From Gammaproteobacteria bacterium (GTDB taxonomy: Bacteria; Pseudomonadota; Gammaproteobacteria; Eutrophobiales; Eutrophobiaceae): a DNA stretch of 28,316 nt. The stretch is taken from the NCBI GenBank assembly GCA_012270695.1, contig JAAXHV010000241.1, positions 1 through 28,316 of the forward strand. The letters are read 5' to 3'. Below are positions 17,683-26,988 of this stretch, in pieces; position 1 is the stretch's first letter; the number at the start of each line of letters is the position of its first letter. Below the pieces are notes generated by a model. It did no database searches and was not told where the DNA came from. It worked only from the letters and a program-made list of their open reading frames with translations. A program made the position numbers and the translations under genes.

Positions 17683-18770
17683 AAGAGACCGGCTTCGGAC
17701 AAAAACTCCATATTGACGTCCCCCTGTTTATCGGGATCATAGTATTGAGCCTGATCGGATATGTGGTGTTGTACAGTGCCAGTGACCAGGATGTGGATTT
17801 GATTATTCGTCGCTCAATCCACCTGGCAGTAGCCCTGGTCGTGATGTTTGCCGTTGCCCAGATTCCCCCCGCCCGGCTGTCAGGTGTCTCTCTCTGGTTC
17901 TACCTGATCAGTCTTGGTCTGTTAATCCTGGTTTTATTTTTCGGCGAGACGGGTAAAGGCGCCCAGAGATGGCTGGGTGTCGGTCTGTTTCGCTTTCAAC
18001 CGTCGGAACTGATGAAACTGGCTCTGCCCATGGTGATTGCCCTGTACCTCAGCAAAGAATTACCGCCACCCTCTGTCAAGAGGGTATTGATGGTGTTGAT
18101 TTTTCTCATCGTGCCCGTGTTGCTGGTGGCAAAGCAACCGGACCTGGGTACGGCAATGCTGATAGCTGTCAGCGGCTTTGCGGTCCTGTTCATTGCCGGC
18201 ATCAGTTGGAAATTACTGGCGGGTTTTGCGGTAATTGCCCTGTCATCGGCGCCGGTAATATGGAACCTGATGCATGATTACCAGAAAAACCGGGTGCTGA
18301 CGTTTTTAAATCCGGAACAGGACCCGCTCGGGTCCGGGTATCACATCATACAATCGAAGATAGCCATCGGCTCCGGTGGGCTCTACGGAAAAGGCTGGCT
18401 GAACGGGACCCAGTCACATCTTGAGTTTTTACCCGAGAGGTCTACGGATTTTATTTTCGCGGTTTTTTGTGAGGAGTTCGGATTGATCGGCGTGCTCATC
18501 CTGATCAGCATATACTTGTTCGTCATAGCCAGGGGTCTGTATATTTCCATGGAGGCCCAACACTTGTATGGAAAGTTGCTCAGTGTTGGGGTAATAGCAA
18601 GTTTTTTTGTTTATATAGCAGTCAATATGGGAATGGTGTCAGGGCAATTGCCTGTGGTGGGTATCCCCTTGCCGCTCATCAGCTACGGCGGCACATCGAT
18701 GATGACGATCATGGCCGGCTTCGGTATTCTCATGGCGATTCATACTCACAGAAGATTACTCTCAAATTAA
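17679..18770 (+). CDS. rodA: Rod shape-determining SEDS peptidoglycan polymerase RodA
   Basis: GAQRW, FQPSELMK, QPDLGT, LPERSTDFIF, PLPLISYGG. ATGA overlap with mrdA. Confidence 0.98.
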   Translation: MKETGFGQKLHIDVPLFIGIIVLSLIGYVVLYSASDQDVDLIIRRSIHLAVALVVMFAVAQIPPARLSGVSLWFYLISLGLLILVLFFGETGKGAQRWLGVGLFRFQPSELMKLALPMVIALYLSKELPPPSVKRVLMVLIFLIVPVLLVAKQPDLGTAMLIAVSGFAVLFIAGISWKLLAGFAVIALSSAPVIWNLMHDYQKNRVLTFLNPEQDPLGSGYHIIQSKIAIGSGGLYGKGWLNGTQSHLEFLPERSTDFIFAVFCEEFGLIGVLILISIYLFVIARGLYISMEAQHLYGKLLSVGVIASFFVYIAVNMGMVSGQLPVVGIPLPLISYGGTSMMTIMAGFGILMAIHTHRRLLSN

Positions 18771-18771
18771 T

Positions 18772-19752
18772 ATGAAATTCAGAACAGCTTTTATTGTATT
18801 GATTTTACTGTTTCTCAGTCCGGCCAGGGCAGACCTGCTGCAGCGCGCTGAGGTTGCCTCTTTTATCCGGGATATGGTTGCAGAGTACGATTACGATGCT
18901 GAAGAATTGAATGACATTCTCGGCAGCGTGCAACTTTCAGAAAAAGTCATCGCGGCCATCTCCAGGCCCGCGGAAGCCCTTCCATGGTACCGGTACAGGT
19001 CGATATTTATAAAACCCAGCCGAGTACGGGGAGGAGTCGAATTCTGGCGCCGAAATCAGGCGCAGCTTGAGCGCGCCAGAGATTTATACGGCGTTCCGGT
19101 AGAGATCATGGTCGCCATTATAGGAGTTGAGACAAAGTATGGACGTATTACCGGCAGTTTTAAGGTTATCAATTCACTATCGACCCTGGCGTTTGATTAT
19201 CCGAAACGGAGCAAGTTCTTTACCGGTGAACTGAAACATTATTTGCTGCTTACCCGGGAACAATCCCTCGACCCGCACGTGTTGAAAGGTTCTTATGCCG
19301 GGGCAATGGGTATTCCGCAATTCATACCAAGCAGTTACCGTGCTTATGCCGTTGACTTCGACGATGACGGCTTGACCGATATCTGGGAAAACCCGACAGA
19401 TGCAATCGGCAGTGTCGGAAATTATTTTAAACTGCACGGATGGAGAGAAGGCGCAGGAATAATCACTCCTGCAACTATCCCCGAGCGCGACATTTCGGGG
19501 CTGCTGACAAAGGGTCTTGAACCTGTGCTGAGCGCCGCGGATATGGCAACCGGCGGTGTTATTGCAGAGAACGAGATCGATGCTGCAGAAAAAGTCAAGT
19601 TGCTACAGCTCGAAAATCAGGATGGTTATGAGTACTGGCTGGCGCTGCATAATTTTTATGTGATCACAAGGTATAACCACAGCGCCCTCTATGCAATGGC
19701 AGTTTATCAGTTGGCAGACGCGATCAAGGCGCGGTATCAGTCCGCACCGTAG
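18772..19752 (+). CDS. mltB: Lytic murein transglycosylase B family (soluble SltB1-like)
   Basis: IIGVETKYG (catalytic Glu), GSYAGAMGIPQFIPSSY, EF-hand-like DFDDDG, ITRYNHS. Signal peptide ends in ARA with no lipobox Cys. Confidence 0.95.
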   Translation: MKFRTAFIVLILLFLSPARADLLQRAEVASFIRDMVAEYDYDAEELNDILGSVQLSEKVIAAISRPAEALPWYRYRSIFIKPSRVRGGVEFWRRNQAQLERARDLYGVPVEIMVAIIGVETKYGRITGSFKVINSLSTLAFDYPKRSKFFTGELKHYLLLTREQSLDPHVLKGSYAGAMGIPQFIPSSYRAYAVDFDDDGLTDIWENPTDAIGSVGNYFKLHGWREGAGIITPATIPERDISGLLTKGLEPVLSAADMATGGVIAENEIDAAEKVKLLQLENQDGYEYWLALHNFYVITRYNHSALYAMAVYQLADAIKARYQSAP

Positions 19753-19830
19753 AAGCAGTTGTTTTTTTGAGTGACTCAATCGATCAGCCTCAGAGTTCAC
19801 AGAGGAAAAACAACATGAATAACGGGTAAG

Positions 19831-20700
19831 ATGACGATAAATATGCAGTTTACCCAAGCATTAAAAAGATTCCCGATTTACTCTCTGACCCCTGCGTCCT
19901 CTCTGGTATTTCTCAAATGGTTTTCAGTAGTTTTACTTGTTTCAGGGATAACAGCTTGTGCCACCCCGCCACGAAAATACGTTGTGCCGAAACGGTCGCC
20001 AGCGGAGCTGGCGAAAATACCTGATGCCGTCCCGAAAGTTGAACCCAGAAGCAAGCTTGGCAACATGGGAACCTACGAGGTCTTTGGCAAAAGGTATTAC
20101 GTTCTGGGCAGCAGTGACGGATTTGCACAAAAAGGCATTGCTTCCTGGTATGGCCCAAAATTTCATGGAAAAAAGACCTCGAACGGCGAGATTTATGATA
20201 TGTACGCCATGACCGCGGCACACAAGACACTGCCTTTGCCCTCCTACCTGGAAGTCAAAAACCTTGAAAACGGCAGAAAAATCATCGTTCGAGTTAATGA
20301 TCGCGGTCCGTTTCATGACAACCGGATAGTCGATTTATCTTATACGGCCGCCATCAAGCTGGATATGATTACGGAAGGCACTGCCCTGGTGGAAATTCGT
20401 GCGATTAACCCCAGGACGCACAGGGGAGGGGGCACACCTGTTGAGACCAGGCGCGGGAAACGCAAAGTGCCGGATTTCTATATCCAGGTGGGCGTCTTTT
20501 CCAAATACAACAATGCAGCGAGACTGAAGGACAAACTGCGGGAACTGGAAACTCCGATCAGTCTGGAGAAAACCAGGTTGAACGGCAGAACAGCTTTTCG
20601 CGTTAAAATAGGCCCGTTGAATAACATCGAGGCCGCGGACAAAATTGTCAGCCGGCTGGGACTGTTTGATATCCACAGTCACCGCATCCTCCTGGAATGA
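19831..20700 (+). CDS. rlpA: Septal ring lytic transglycosylase RlpA (DPBB plus SPOR domain lipoprotein)
   Basis: Lipobox-like ITAC, GIASWYG, MTAAHKTLPLPS, VNDRGPF, RIVDLS, and a C-terminal SPOR domain (FYIQVGVFS...FRVKIGP). Confidence 0.95.
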   Translation: MTINMQFTQALKRFPIYSLTPASSLVFLKWFSVVLLVSGITACATPPRKYVVPKRSPAELAKIPDAVPKVEPRSKLGNMGTYEVFGKRYYVLGSSDGFAQKGIASWYGPKFHGKKTSNGEIYDMYAMTAAHKTLPLPSYLEVKNLENGRKIIVRVNDRGPFHDNRIVDLSYTAAIKLDMITEGTALVEIRAINPRTHRGGGTPVETRRGKRKVPDFYIQVGVFSKYNNAARLKDKLRELETPISLEKTRLNGRTAFRVKIGPLNNIEAADKIVSRLGLFDIHSHRILLE

Positions 20701-20728
20701 AAATGGTATTATGACAACCTGGATTAAT

Positions 20729-21880
20729 ATGAAATACCTGATAGTAAAACCGCTTATATTTCTTGCTGGAATTGGCCTGAATATTGCCGCCACGGCCGTC
20801 ACGGTTGTACCGCCCCCACCCGAGATCGCGGCCACTTCATACCTGATCGTGGATGCCGACAGCGGTTATTACCTGGTGCAGAAAAATACGGACCAGCCCG
20901 TAGAACCGGCCAGCCTGACCAAGATGATGACCGCTTACGTGGTTGCCAGTCAAATCTCCGGAGGCCATATTGCCATGACCGACCAGGTGACTGTCAGCGA
21001 GCGGGCCTGGCGTATGGGGGGTTCGCGCATGTTCATTGAAGTAGGGAAAATAGTCAGCGTCGAAGACTTGCTGAAAGGGGTGATTATTCAATCAGGTAAC
21101 GATGCGAGCGTGGCCCTGGCCGAGCACGTTTCCGGCACTGAAGAGGCATTTGCGGACCTGATGAACCTGTATGCCGTTGAACTCGGGATGAAAGACTCCC
21201 ATTTTATCAACAGTTCCGGGTGGCCGGATGAAAACCACTATACTACGGCCAGGGACCTGGCGACCCTGGCGCGCGCGCTGATCCGGGACCATCCGGAAAT
21301 TTACGCGATGCACGCCATCAGGGAATTTACCTACAACGACATAAAACAACCCAATCGAAACAGCTTGTTGTGGAAAGATGCCAGCGTGGACGGCATTAAA
21401 ACAGGCCATACTGAAAGCGCTGGGTATTGCCTGGTGGCTTCTGCAGTACGGGACGGGATACGCTTGATCTCGGTAGTCATGGGAACGGACGGGGTGCAGG
21501 CCAGGAGCAGCGCTACCCAGGCATTATTGAGTTATTCCTACAGGTTTTATGAGACGAGAAAACTCTATAGCAGCGGTGAGACAATCACGACCGTGAAGGT
21601 GTGGAAAGGGGAACGTGACAGTCTCGACCTGGCCATTGAGGATGAGCTCGTATTGACCCTGCCGAGGGGGCAATACGATCAGCTTCAGACGGTGATGACG
21701 GTTGAAGAACAACTGGTCGCGCCGATTGAGGCCGGGCAACGACTCGGGCAGTTGGAGTTGTCGCTGGCTGAAGAAGTCATTGCGACCCGGCCGCTGGTAG
21801 CGTCCGCAGCTGTGGCAAAAGGAAGTCTTTTTGTGCAACTTCGAGATCAAATCAAAATGCACTGGCTGGATCAGCGATGA
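20729..21880 (+). CDS. dacA: D-alanyl-D-alanine carboxypeptidase (PBP5/6 family)
   Basis: EPASLTK (SxxK), SGN, KTG in GIKTGHT, and a PBP5 C-terminal domain. Start is probably ATG 20729 or 20711 rather than the track's 20645. Confidence 0.95.
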   Translation: MKYLIVKPLIFLAGIGLNIAATAVTVVPPPPEIAATSYLIVDADSGYYLVQKNTDQPVEPASLTKMMTAYVVASQISGGHIAMTDQVTVSERAWRMGGSRMFIEVGKIVSVEDLLKGVIIQSGNDASVALAEHVSGTEEAFADLMNLYAVELGMKDSHFINSSGWPDENHYTTARDLATLARALIRDHPEIYAMHAIREFTYNDIKQPNRNSLLWKDASVDGIKTGHTESAGYCLVASAVRDGIRLISVVMGTDGVQARSSATQALLSYSYRFYETRKLYSSGETITTVKVWKGERDSLDLAIEDELVLTLPRGQYDQLQTVMTVEEQLVAPIEAGQRLGQLELSLAEEVIATRPLVASAAVAKGSLFVQLRDQIKMHWLDQR

Positions 21881-21881
21881 C

Positions 21882-22730
21882 ATGCCAACAGTCTATTTAA
21901 ACGGGCGTTTTGTACCGCTTGAACAGGCAACCGTGTCGGTACTGGACCGGGGATTTAATTTTGCTGACGGGGTATACGAGATCATACCGGTTTTTTCCGG
22001 AAGGGCTTTCAGGTTATCGGAACACCTGAAAAGACTGCAAAACAGTCTGGCGGGTATTTCCTTATCATTGGATTATGACGGACATAAATGGCAATCACTG
22101 CTGGATGAATTGTTGAACCTGAACCAGGTTACGGAGGATTCTTCCATCTACATCCAGGTTACCCGGGGTGCGGGCGAGAGAAACCATTTCTTCCAGTCCG
22201 GTTACAACCCCACCGTTTTCATCATGTGCAAGCCGCTGTCAGGTGTGGACTTCAGCATGGGCGTCAGTGCGATACTGCACGAAGACATCAGGTGGAAATA
22301 CTGCCACATAAAATCAGTGGCGTTGCTGCCCAACGTATTGTTAAAACAGTATGCCAGGGATAAAGACGGTTCACATGAAGCGATTTTAAGCAAAGACGGA
22401 TATATCACCGAAGGCGCCGCGAGCAATGTTTTTATCGTGGCTGACAACACAGTAAGGACCCCTCCCAAGAGCAACCGGCTGCTGCCGGGAATCACCCGCG
22501 ACCTGACGGTGGAGTTAATCGGTGAATCCGAGTATCAATGTCTGGAAGTTCCAGTCACAGAGAACGAGTTGTTGCAAGCCGATGAAATATGGATAACCAG
22601 CTCCACCCTAGGCATTGCCCCGGTCGTCAGACTCGACGGCCGGCCGGTAAGCGGCGGCAAGCCTGGCCTGGCCTGGCGTGACGTAAATAAGCTGTATCAG
22701 GCATTCAAGACAGCGGCCGGGAGACAATAA
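21882..22730 (+). CDS. dat: D-amino acid aminotransferase (PLP fold type IV)
   Basis: VYLNG, DRGFNFADGVYE, YIQVTRG, HIKS (PLP lysine), EGAASNVF, LPGITR. ATG 21882 follows the dacA stop by 1 nt. Confidence 0.9.
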   Translation: MPTVYLNGRFVPLEQATVSVLDRGFNFADGVYEIIPVFSGRAFRLSEHLKRLQNSLAGISLSLDYDGHKWQSLLDELLNLNQVTEDSSIYIQVTRGAGERNHFFQSGYNPTVFIMCKPLSGVDFSMGVSAILHEDIRWKYCHIKSVALLPNVLLKQYARDKDGSHEAILSKDGYITEGAASNVFIVADNTVRTPPKSNRLLPGITRDLTVELIGESEYQCLEVPVTENELLQADEIWITSSTLGIAPVVRLDGRPVSGGKPGLAWRDVNKLYQAFKTAAGRQ

Positions 22731-22784
22731 ATACCTGTTTAACCCAGCCTGGAATTCTCACCAATCGATGCGTCGTTCAGTCTG

Positions 22785-22806
22785 CTGGAACACCATGCTG
22801 TTCCAG
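22785..22806. terminator. Hairpin between convergent dat and FAD-oxidoreductase genes
   Basis: CTGGAACA-CCATGC-TGTTCCAG, a perfect 8-bp stem. No clear U tract on either strand, so terminator function is uncertain. Confidence 0.35.
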
Positions 22807-22810
22807 TGTA

Positions 22811-24181
22811 TCAGCCCACCACCCGTCCCGGGTTCAGTATGTCTTTCGGGTCCATGACCTGTTTCAGCAGTTTCATCAGGGCTATCTCTTCATTGCTCCT
22901 GGATTGATGCAAATAAGAACGTTTCTGTATTCCTATACCGTGCTCCGCGGAGACTGAACCGTTATATGCGCCGACGAGTTTGTACACCACGTCATAGACC
23001 GTTTTTTTATCCTCTTTCCTGTTCACCGTGAAGACCAGGTGCAGGTTGCCGTCGCCGATATGCCCGAATACCAGGAGCGCTGTGTCCGGCAGAATCGCCT
23101 TGATTTCCGGCTCAAGCTGTGCAAGGAAGTCGGCCATTTTGTTGATAGGCACACTTACGTCGAAATTGGCATTGTCCCTTATCACGGCCATGGCATCGCC
23201 CACGCCGTCCCGTATGGCCCAGACGGCCTGTCTCTCGCGTTCCGATTTACAGATCACGGCATCTACTATCCGCCCCGCCTCCAACTCGTCCGCCAGGGAA
23301 TTTTCCAGAACACTTTGGCCGGATTTATCACTGATTTCGGTTAACACATAGATGGGGTAGCGCTCAGCAAAAGGACTGCTGACCGCCGGAACGTGCTCAA
23401 TGATGTAATCATAATAACTGTCCCACATGACCTCGAACGAACTCAGCGACCCGCTGAATTCACGGCTCATGAAATGCAGGAACCGAATCACGCCGTCAAA
23501 TGACGCCAATGCAACCAGCGCAGTGCTGCGGCTTTCCGGTTCGACGAACAACCTCAATACGGCCCGCGTGACAATTCCCAGGGTACCTTCGGTGCCGATG
23601 AACAAGTGCTTCAGATCGTAACCGGCGTTATTTTTCAACATCTTGTTCAACGAGGTAATGACTGTGCCGTCAGCCAGCACCACCTCCAGGCCCAGGATCA
23701 GGTTGCGGGTCATGCCGAACCTGATCACCTCGTTGCCGCCTGCATTGGTTGCGATATTTCCGCCGATATTGCAGGAACCCCGGGCGCCCAGGTCAAGCGG
23801 GAACAGGAACCCTGCATCTTCCGCCGCTTCCTGAATGGCCTGCAGGGGAGTACCGGCGAGTACGGTCATGGTCATGGATTCCCGGTCCAGTTCTTCAATC
23901 CCGTTCAGGCGCTCAAGGGACAATGCAATCTCTTCTTCCCTTGGAGTGGCGCCGCCGCACAAGCCCGTAAGGCCGCCCTGTACGACTATTTTCTGGTTGG
24001 CGGATGAGCAGGTGCGCAGTATGGATGACACCTGTTCGGTGGACGCGGGCCGGGCAACGGCAACAGGCGCATGGGCTGTTTCCCCCGAACTGTCGGCGTG
24101 GTATTTTTCGGAAATATCGATACCGGTTAAAATAACCTCCGGGCCTAATTCCTGTATTAACTGTCTGATCGTATCGTTCAT
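22811..24181 (-). CDS. FAD-linked oxidoreductase, D-2-hydroxyacid dehydrogenase-like (FAD_binding_4 plus FAD-oxidase_C)
   Basis: QGGLTGLCGG, GGNIATNAGG, FIGTEGTLG, GHIGDGNLH, SAEHGIG, ILNPG. ATG 24181 is preferred over the track's TTG 24199. Confidence 0.9.
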   Translation of the reverse strand: MNDTIRQLIQELGPEVILTGIDISEKYHADSSGETAHAPVAVARPASTEQVSSILRTCSSANQKIVVQGGLTGLCGGATPREEEIALSLERLNGIEELDRESMTMTVLAGTPLQAIQEAAEDAGFLFPLDLGARGSCNIGGNIATNAGGNEVIRFGMTRNLILGLEVVLADGTVITSLNKMLKNNAGYDLKHLFIGTEGTLGIVTRAVLRLFVEPESRSTALVALASFDGVIRFLHFMSREFSGSLSSFEVMWDSYYDYIIEHVPAVSSPFAERYPIYVLTEISDKSGQSVLENSLADELEAGRIVDAVICKSERERQAVWAIRDGVGDAMAVIRDNANFDVSVPINKMADFLAQLEPEIKAILPDTALLVFGHIGDGNLHLVFTVNRKEDKKTVYDVVYKLVGAYNGSVSAEHGIGIQKRSYLHQSRSNEEIALMKLLKQVMDPKDILNPGRVVG

Positions 24182-24269
24182 GTAATATCGTTCACTCAAG
24201 GATGGCGCAATACATTTCCAACTTATACAGTATACTTGTCAGTTGATTAAAACACATGCATAAATACTC

Positions 24270-25370
24270 ATGACCGAGAGAGCGCCATTCCGGGCAGACC
24301 AGGTGGGCAGCTTATTGCGACCGGCCCGCTTGAAAGCCGCCCGCACAGATTTTGAAAACGGCAAAACAGGTGCGGAAACTCTGAAATCGATTGAAGATCA
24401 ATGCGTCCGTGAAGTGGTTGCGCGCCAGGAGTCTGCTGGTCTGCAAGCCGTTACCGACGGGGAGTTCAGGCGTGCCTGGTGGCACTTTGATTACCTTGCC
24501 GGACTGGACGGCGTTGAATTGGTCGAGAGTGAGCATGGCATCCAGTTTCACGGGGTGCAGACAAAGTCGAAAACCATCACGGTCAGCGGCAGAGTCGATT
24601 TTGATCAACACTATATGCTGGGCCACTTTCGTTTTCTACACAGCGTTGCCGGCGTCACGCCCAAGATGACCATCCCGGCGCCGTCGGTCCTGCATTTTCG
24701 TGGGGGAAGAGACTCCATCAGCAAAGACGTTTACCCGGGGCTGGACGAGTTCTTTGCGGATACGGCGGAGGCTTATCGTAAGGCCGTGCACGCGTTCTAC
24801 GCCGCCGGCTGCCGCTACCTGCAATTCGACGACACGGTGTGGGCCTATCTTTGCTCTGCAAAAGAACGGCAGGCAGCGCGCGACCGCGGCGACGACCCCG
24901 AACCGTTGCCGCGCATTTATACGGATATGATCAATCACGCCCTGAAAGACAAACCGACGGATATGGTGGTGACCACCCACGTCTGCCGCGGCAATTTTCG
25001 TTCAAGCTGGATCGCGGAAGGCGGTTATGAGCCGGTTGCGGAGACCCTGTTGGGGGGAACCGCTTATGACGGTTATTTCCTGGAATACGACACCGAACGC
25101 GCCGGTGGCTTCGAGCCGTTACGCTTCCTGCCGAAGGGCGACAAGCGCGTTGTACTGGGTCTGGTGACCTCCAAGTCAGGTGAACTGGAAGACAGGGACG
25201 CCATCAAGCGGCGCATTGATGAAGCGGCCCGCTTTGCCGACCCTGACCAGTTCTGCCTCAGTCCGCAATGCGGCTTCGCCTCCACCGAGGAAGGCAATAT
25301 ACTGAGCGAAGACCAGCAGTGGAAAAAACTGGAAATGATCGTCGGACTGACCCGCGCAATGTGGGGCTGA
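24270..25370 (+). CDS. Core (single-barrel) cobalamin-independent methionine synthase-like Zn enzyme, YxjG/YxjH-like
   Basis: 366 aa. VGSLLRP, TDGEFRR, and Zn ligands in HVCRGN, FLEYD and SPQCGF. Lacks the N-terminal folate-binding barrel of full MetE. Confidence 0.9.
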   Translation: MTERAPFRADQVGSLLRPARLKAARTDFENGKTGAETLKSIEDQCVREVVARQESAGLQAVTDGEFRRAWWHFDYLAGLDGVELVESEHGIQFHGVQTKSKTITVSGRVDFDQHYMLGHFRFLHSVAGVTPKMTIPAPSVLHFRGGRDSISKDVYPGLDEFFADTAEAYRKAVHAFYAAGCRYLQFDDTVWAYLCSAKERQAARDRGDDPEPLPRIYTDMINHALKDKPTDMVVTTHVCRGNFRSSWIAEGGYEPVAETLLGGTAYDGYFLEYDTERAGGFEPLRFLPKGDKRVVLGLVTSKSGELEDRDAIKRRIDEAARFADPDQFCLSPQCGFASTEEGNILSEDQQWKKLEMIVGLTRAMWG

Positions 25371-25415
25371 GCATCCGCAAAACTGGTACAGATGTAAGTA
25401 GCTTGGAACGGTGAT

Positions 25416-26432
25416 TTAGAACGTCGCAGGGACCGGTGGCAGTTCGCCTGCGGCGTAGCGTTTCTCCAGGCCCGGTGTCAGATTTTCCCAGACCAGCAGC
25501 ATGGAACGTTTCGGAGAAAAGCCGCGATGGCGTATATCCGCCGGCATACAGGCCACGTCCCCGGCCTTCATGGTGACCACGGACATGGGCGCGGCGGTAT
25601 CTTTGTCCGCTACTTTCCAGGTAATCTCATCGGACATCTGGATAAACCATTCCACCCGGTCATTGCCGTGGTCCACCGGCAGGATATGCTCTTCCGACGT
25701 CGGGCAGTAAGCGCTGCTCCTGACCACGGAAACGACGGACGGATTCCAGGTGACTGGTGAGCGGGACAGGTACTTGAACAGGTTGAACCCCGCCAGTTGA
25801 CCTTCAAATCCGGCTTCGGCATGTACTTCCGGTTCGGACTGGTCCACGTCTGCGAACTGCCGGTTAACTAGTCGTCCATTTTCATCGGAGCGTATGGGAC
25901 TATCGCCGGGCAGGCTGACGAAACGAGCAGCCAGTTCCCGTTGGAAATTGACGGCTTCATCGTTGTTACCGTTTTTGGGTCCGCGCGCGCTGCCGGTCTC
26001 CAGGGGGGCGGCGAAGGGGTCAAAGCCAGCATTGGTCCAATCTGAGAGCAGAGACTTGAAACAGGCCAGCATTACGCCTGCCTCAAAGCGTTCGGTAAAG
26101 TCCGTACCGGAATCCTTATAGGCCTGGTTATAGGCACCCATAAAGACGTCAACGCTGCCGTAATTATTCACCGTGCCGAATACCTCATCGAAGTTGACCC
26201 AGCCGTAGAAAAAGCCCCAGGCCACGTCCCGCATAAGAGAGCGCAGAAAATTCTCCACGTCCATCACGTGAGTCCCGGTCGGACACTGGATACGGGCAAA
26301 ATATTCATCCCGTTGAAACGTGAACGAGCCGATTTCAAAACGTTTGTAACCGGTGGTCGGATGTGGCGCGCTTTCCCGGTGCGCTTCGGTAAGAACCGGC
26401 AATTCAGTCATTTTTTCAGCTGTGGCTGCCAT
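25416..26432 (-). CDS. hqdB: Hydroquinone 1,2-dioxygenase large (beta, catalytic) subunit, HapD/PnpD/HqdB family
   Basis: FLRSLMRDVAWGFFYGWVNFD, ILPVDHGNDRVEWF, DIRHRG, RSMLLVWEN. His, Glu(+6), His(+47) match the Fe(II) ligand spacing of PnpD. Confidence 0.92.
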   Translation of the reverse strand: MAATAEKMTELPVLTEAHRESAPHPTTGYKRFEIGSFTFQRDEYFARIQCPTGTHVMDVENFLRSLMRDVAWGFFYGWVNFDEVFGTVNNYGSVDVFMGAYNQAYKDSGTDFTERFEAGVMLACFKSLLSDWTNAGFDPFAAPLETGSARGPKNGNNDEAVNFQRELAARFVSLPGDSPIRSDENGRLVNRQFADVDQSEPEVHAEAGFEGQLAGFNLFKYLSRSPVTWNPSVVSVVRSSAYCPTSEEHILPVDHGNDRVEWFIQMSDEITWKVADKDTAAPMSVVTMKAGDVACMPADIRHRGFSPKRSMLLVWENLTPGLEKRYAAGELPPVPATF

Positions 26433-26450
26433 GATAATTTCCCCTTTATG

Positions 26451-26951
26451 TCAGTGCTGGCAGATCTCCGCCCACTTCTCGACGGACTCATCGCCAAGTA
26501 AAGTTTGCAGTAATATCACGCTTAACTCGCCGGCACGAAACTGGTAGGCCGCGCCGGCCGGCAACAGGACCAAGTGGCCCCGCGTCGCCTTGATATGGCC
26601 CATGACCTGACCTTCCGGCTGACCAGCCAGTTTCACGGACCCCTCCTTCTCCGCCGGTGGAACCAGGCCACTGTCTGCAGGTTGAACAAACCGGGTTTCC
26701 ATGCTGCCCTGCATGAGCAGCGCGGTCTCATCATGACTGCATATATACCAGGAACTGTCGCCTTCGGCGCGGATACACTCGATGGTGTTCTCCAGGTTTT
26801 TAGCTATGACAACCCGCTCCCAGGGTTCTGCGTTGCCGGCTACCTCGTACATATTGGAAAACAGGTAATCCCGGGCTTCCTCATTGCCGGTAATTTCAAC
26901 GCCACCCTTGTCGTACTTGTCAATACTGCCGAATACGGTTGTTACGGACAT
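26451..26951 (-). CDS. hqdA: Hydroquinone 1,2-dioxygenase small (alpha) subunit, HapC/PnpC/HqdA family
   Basis: TVFGSIDKYDKGGVEI, YLFSNMYEVA, HDETAL, GHLVLLPAGAAYQF. 166 aa, directly upstream of the large subunit, GAGGGAG SD. Confidence 0.9.
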   Translation of the reverse strand: MSVTTVFGSIDKYDKGGVEITGNEEARDYLFSNMYEVAGNAEPWERVVIAKNLENTIECIRAEGDSSWYICSHDETALLMQGSMETRFVQPADSGLVPPAEKEGSVKLAGQPEGQVMGHIKATRGHLVLLPAGAAYQFRAGELSVILLQTLLGDESVEKWAEICQH

Positions 26952-26988
26952 GGTCTCCCTCTAAAGGTCATTAAGGAACTCAGCTTAA

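Noticed and set aside
20645-20728. Extended dacA start overlapping rlpA
   Set aside because: The signal-peptide-like sequence starts at MKYLIVK (20729) or at most MTTWIN (20711).
10018-22730. gatCAB / mreBCD / mrdA-rodA-mltB-rlpA-dacA-dat arrangement as a novelty
   Set aside because: Well-known conserved proteobacterial synteny.
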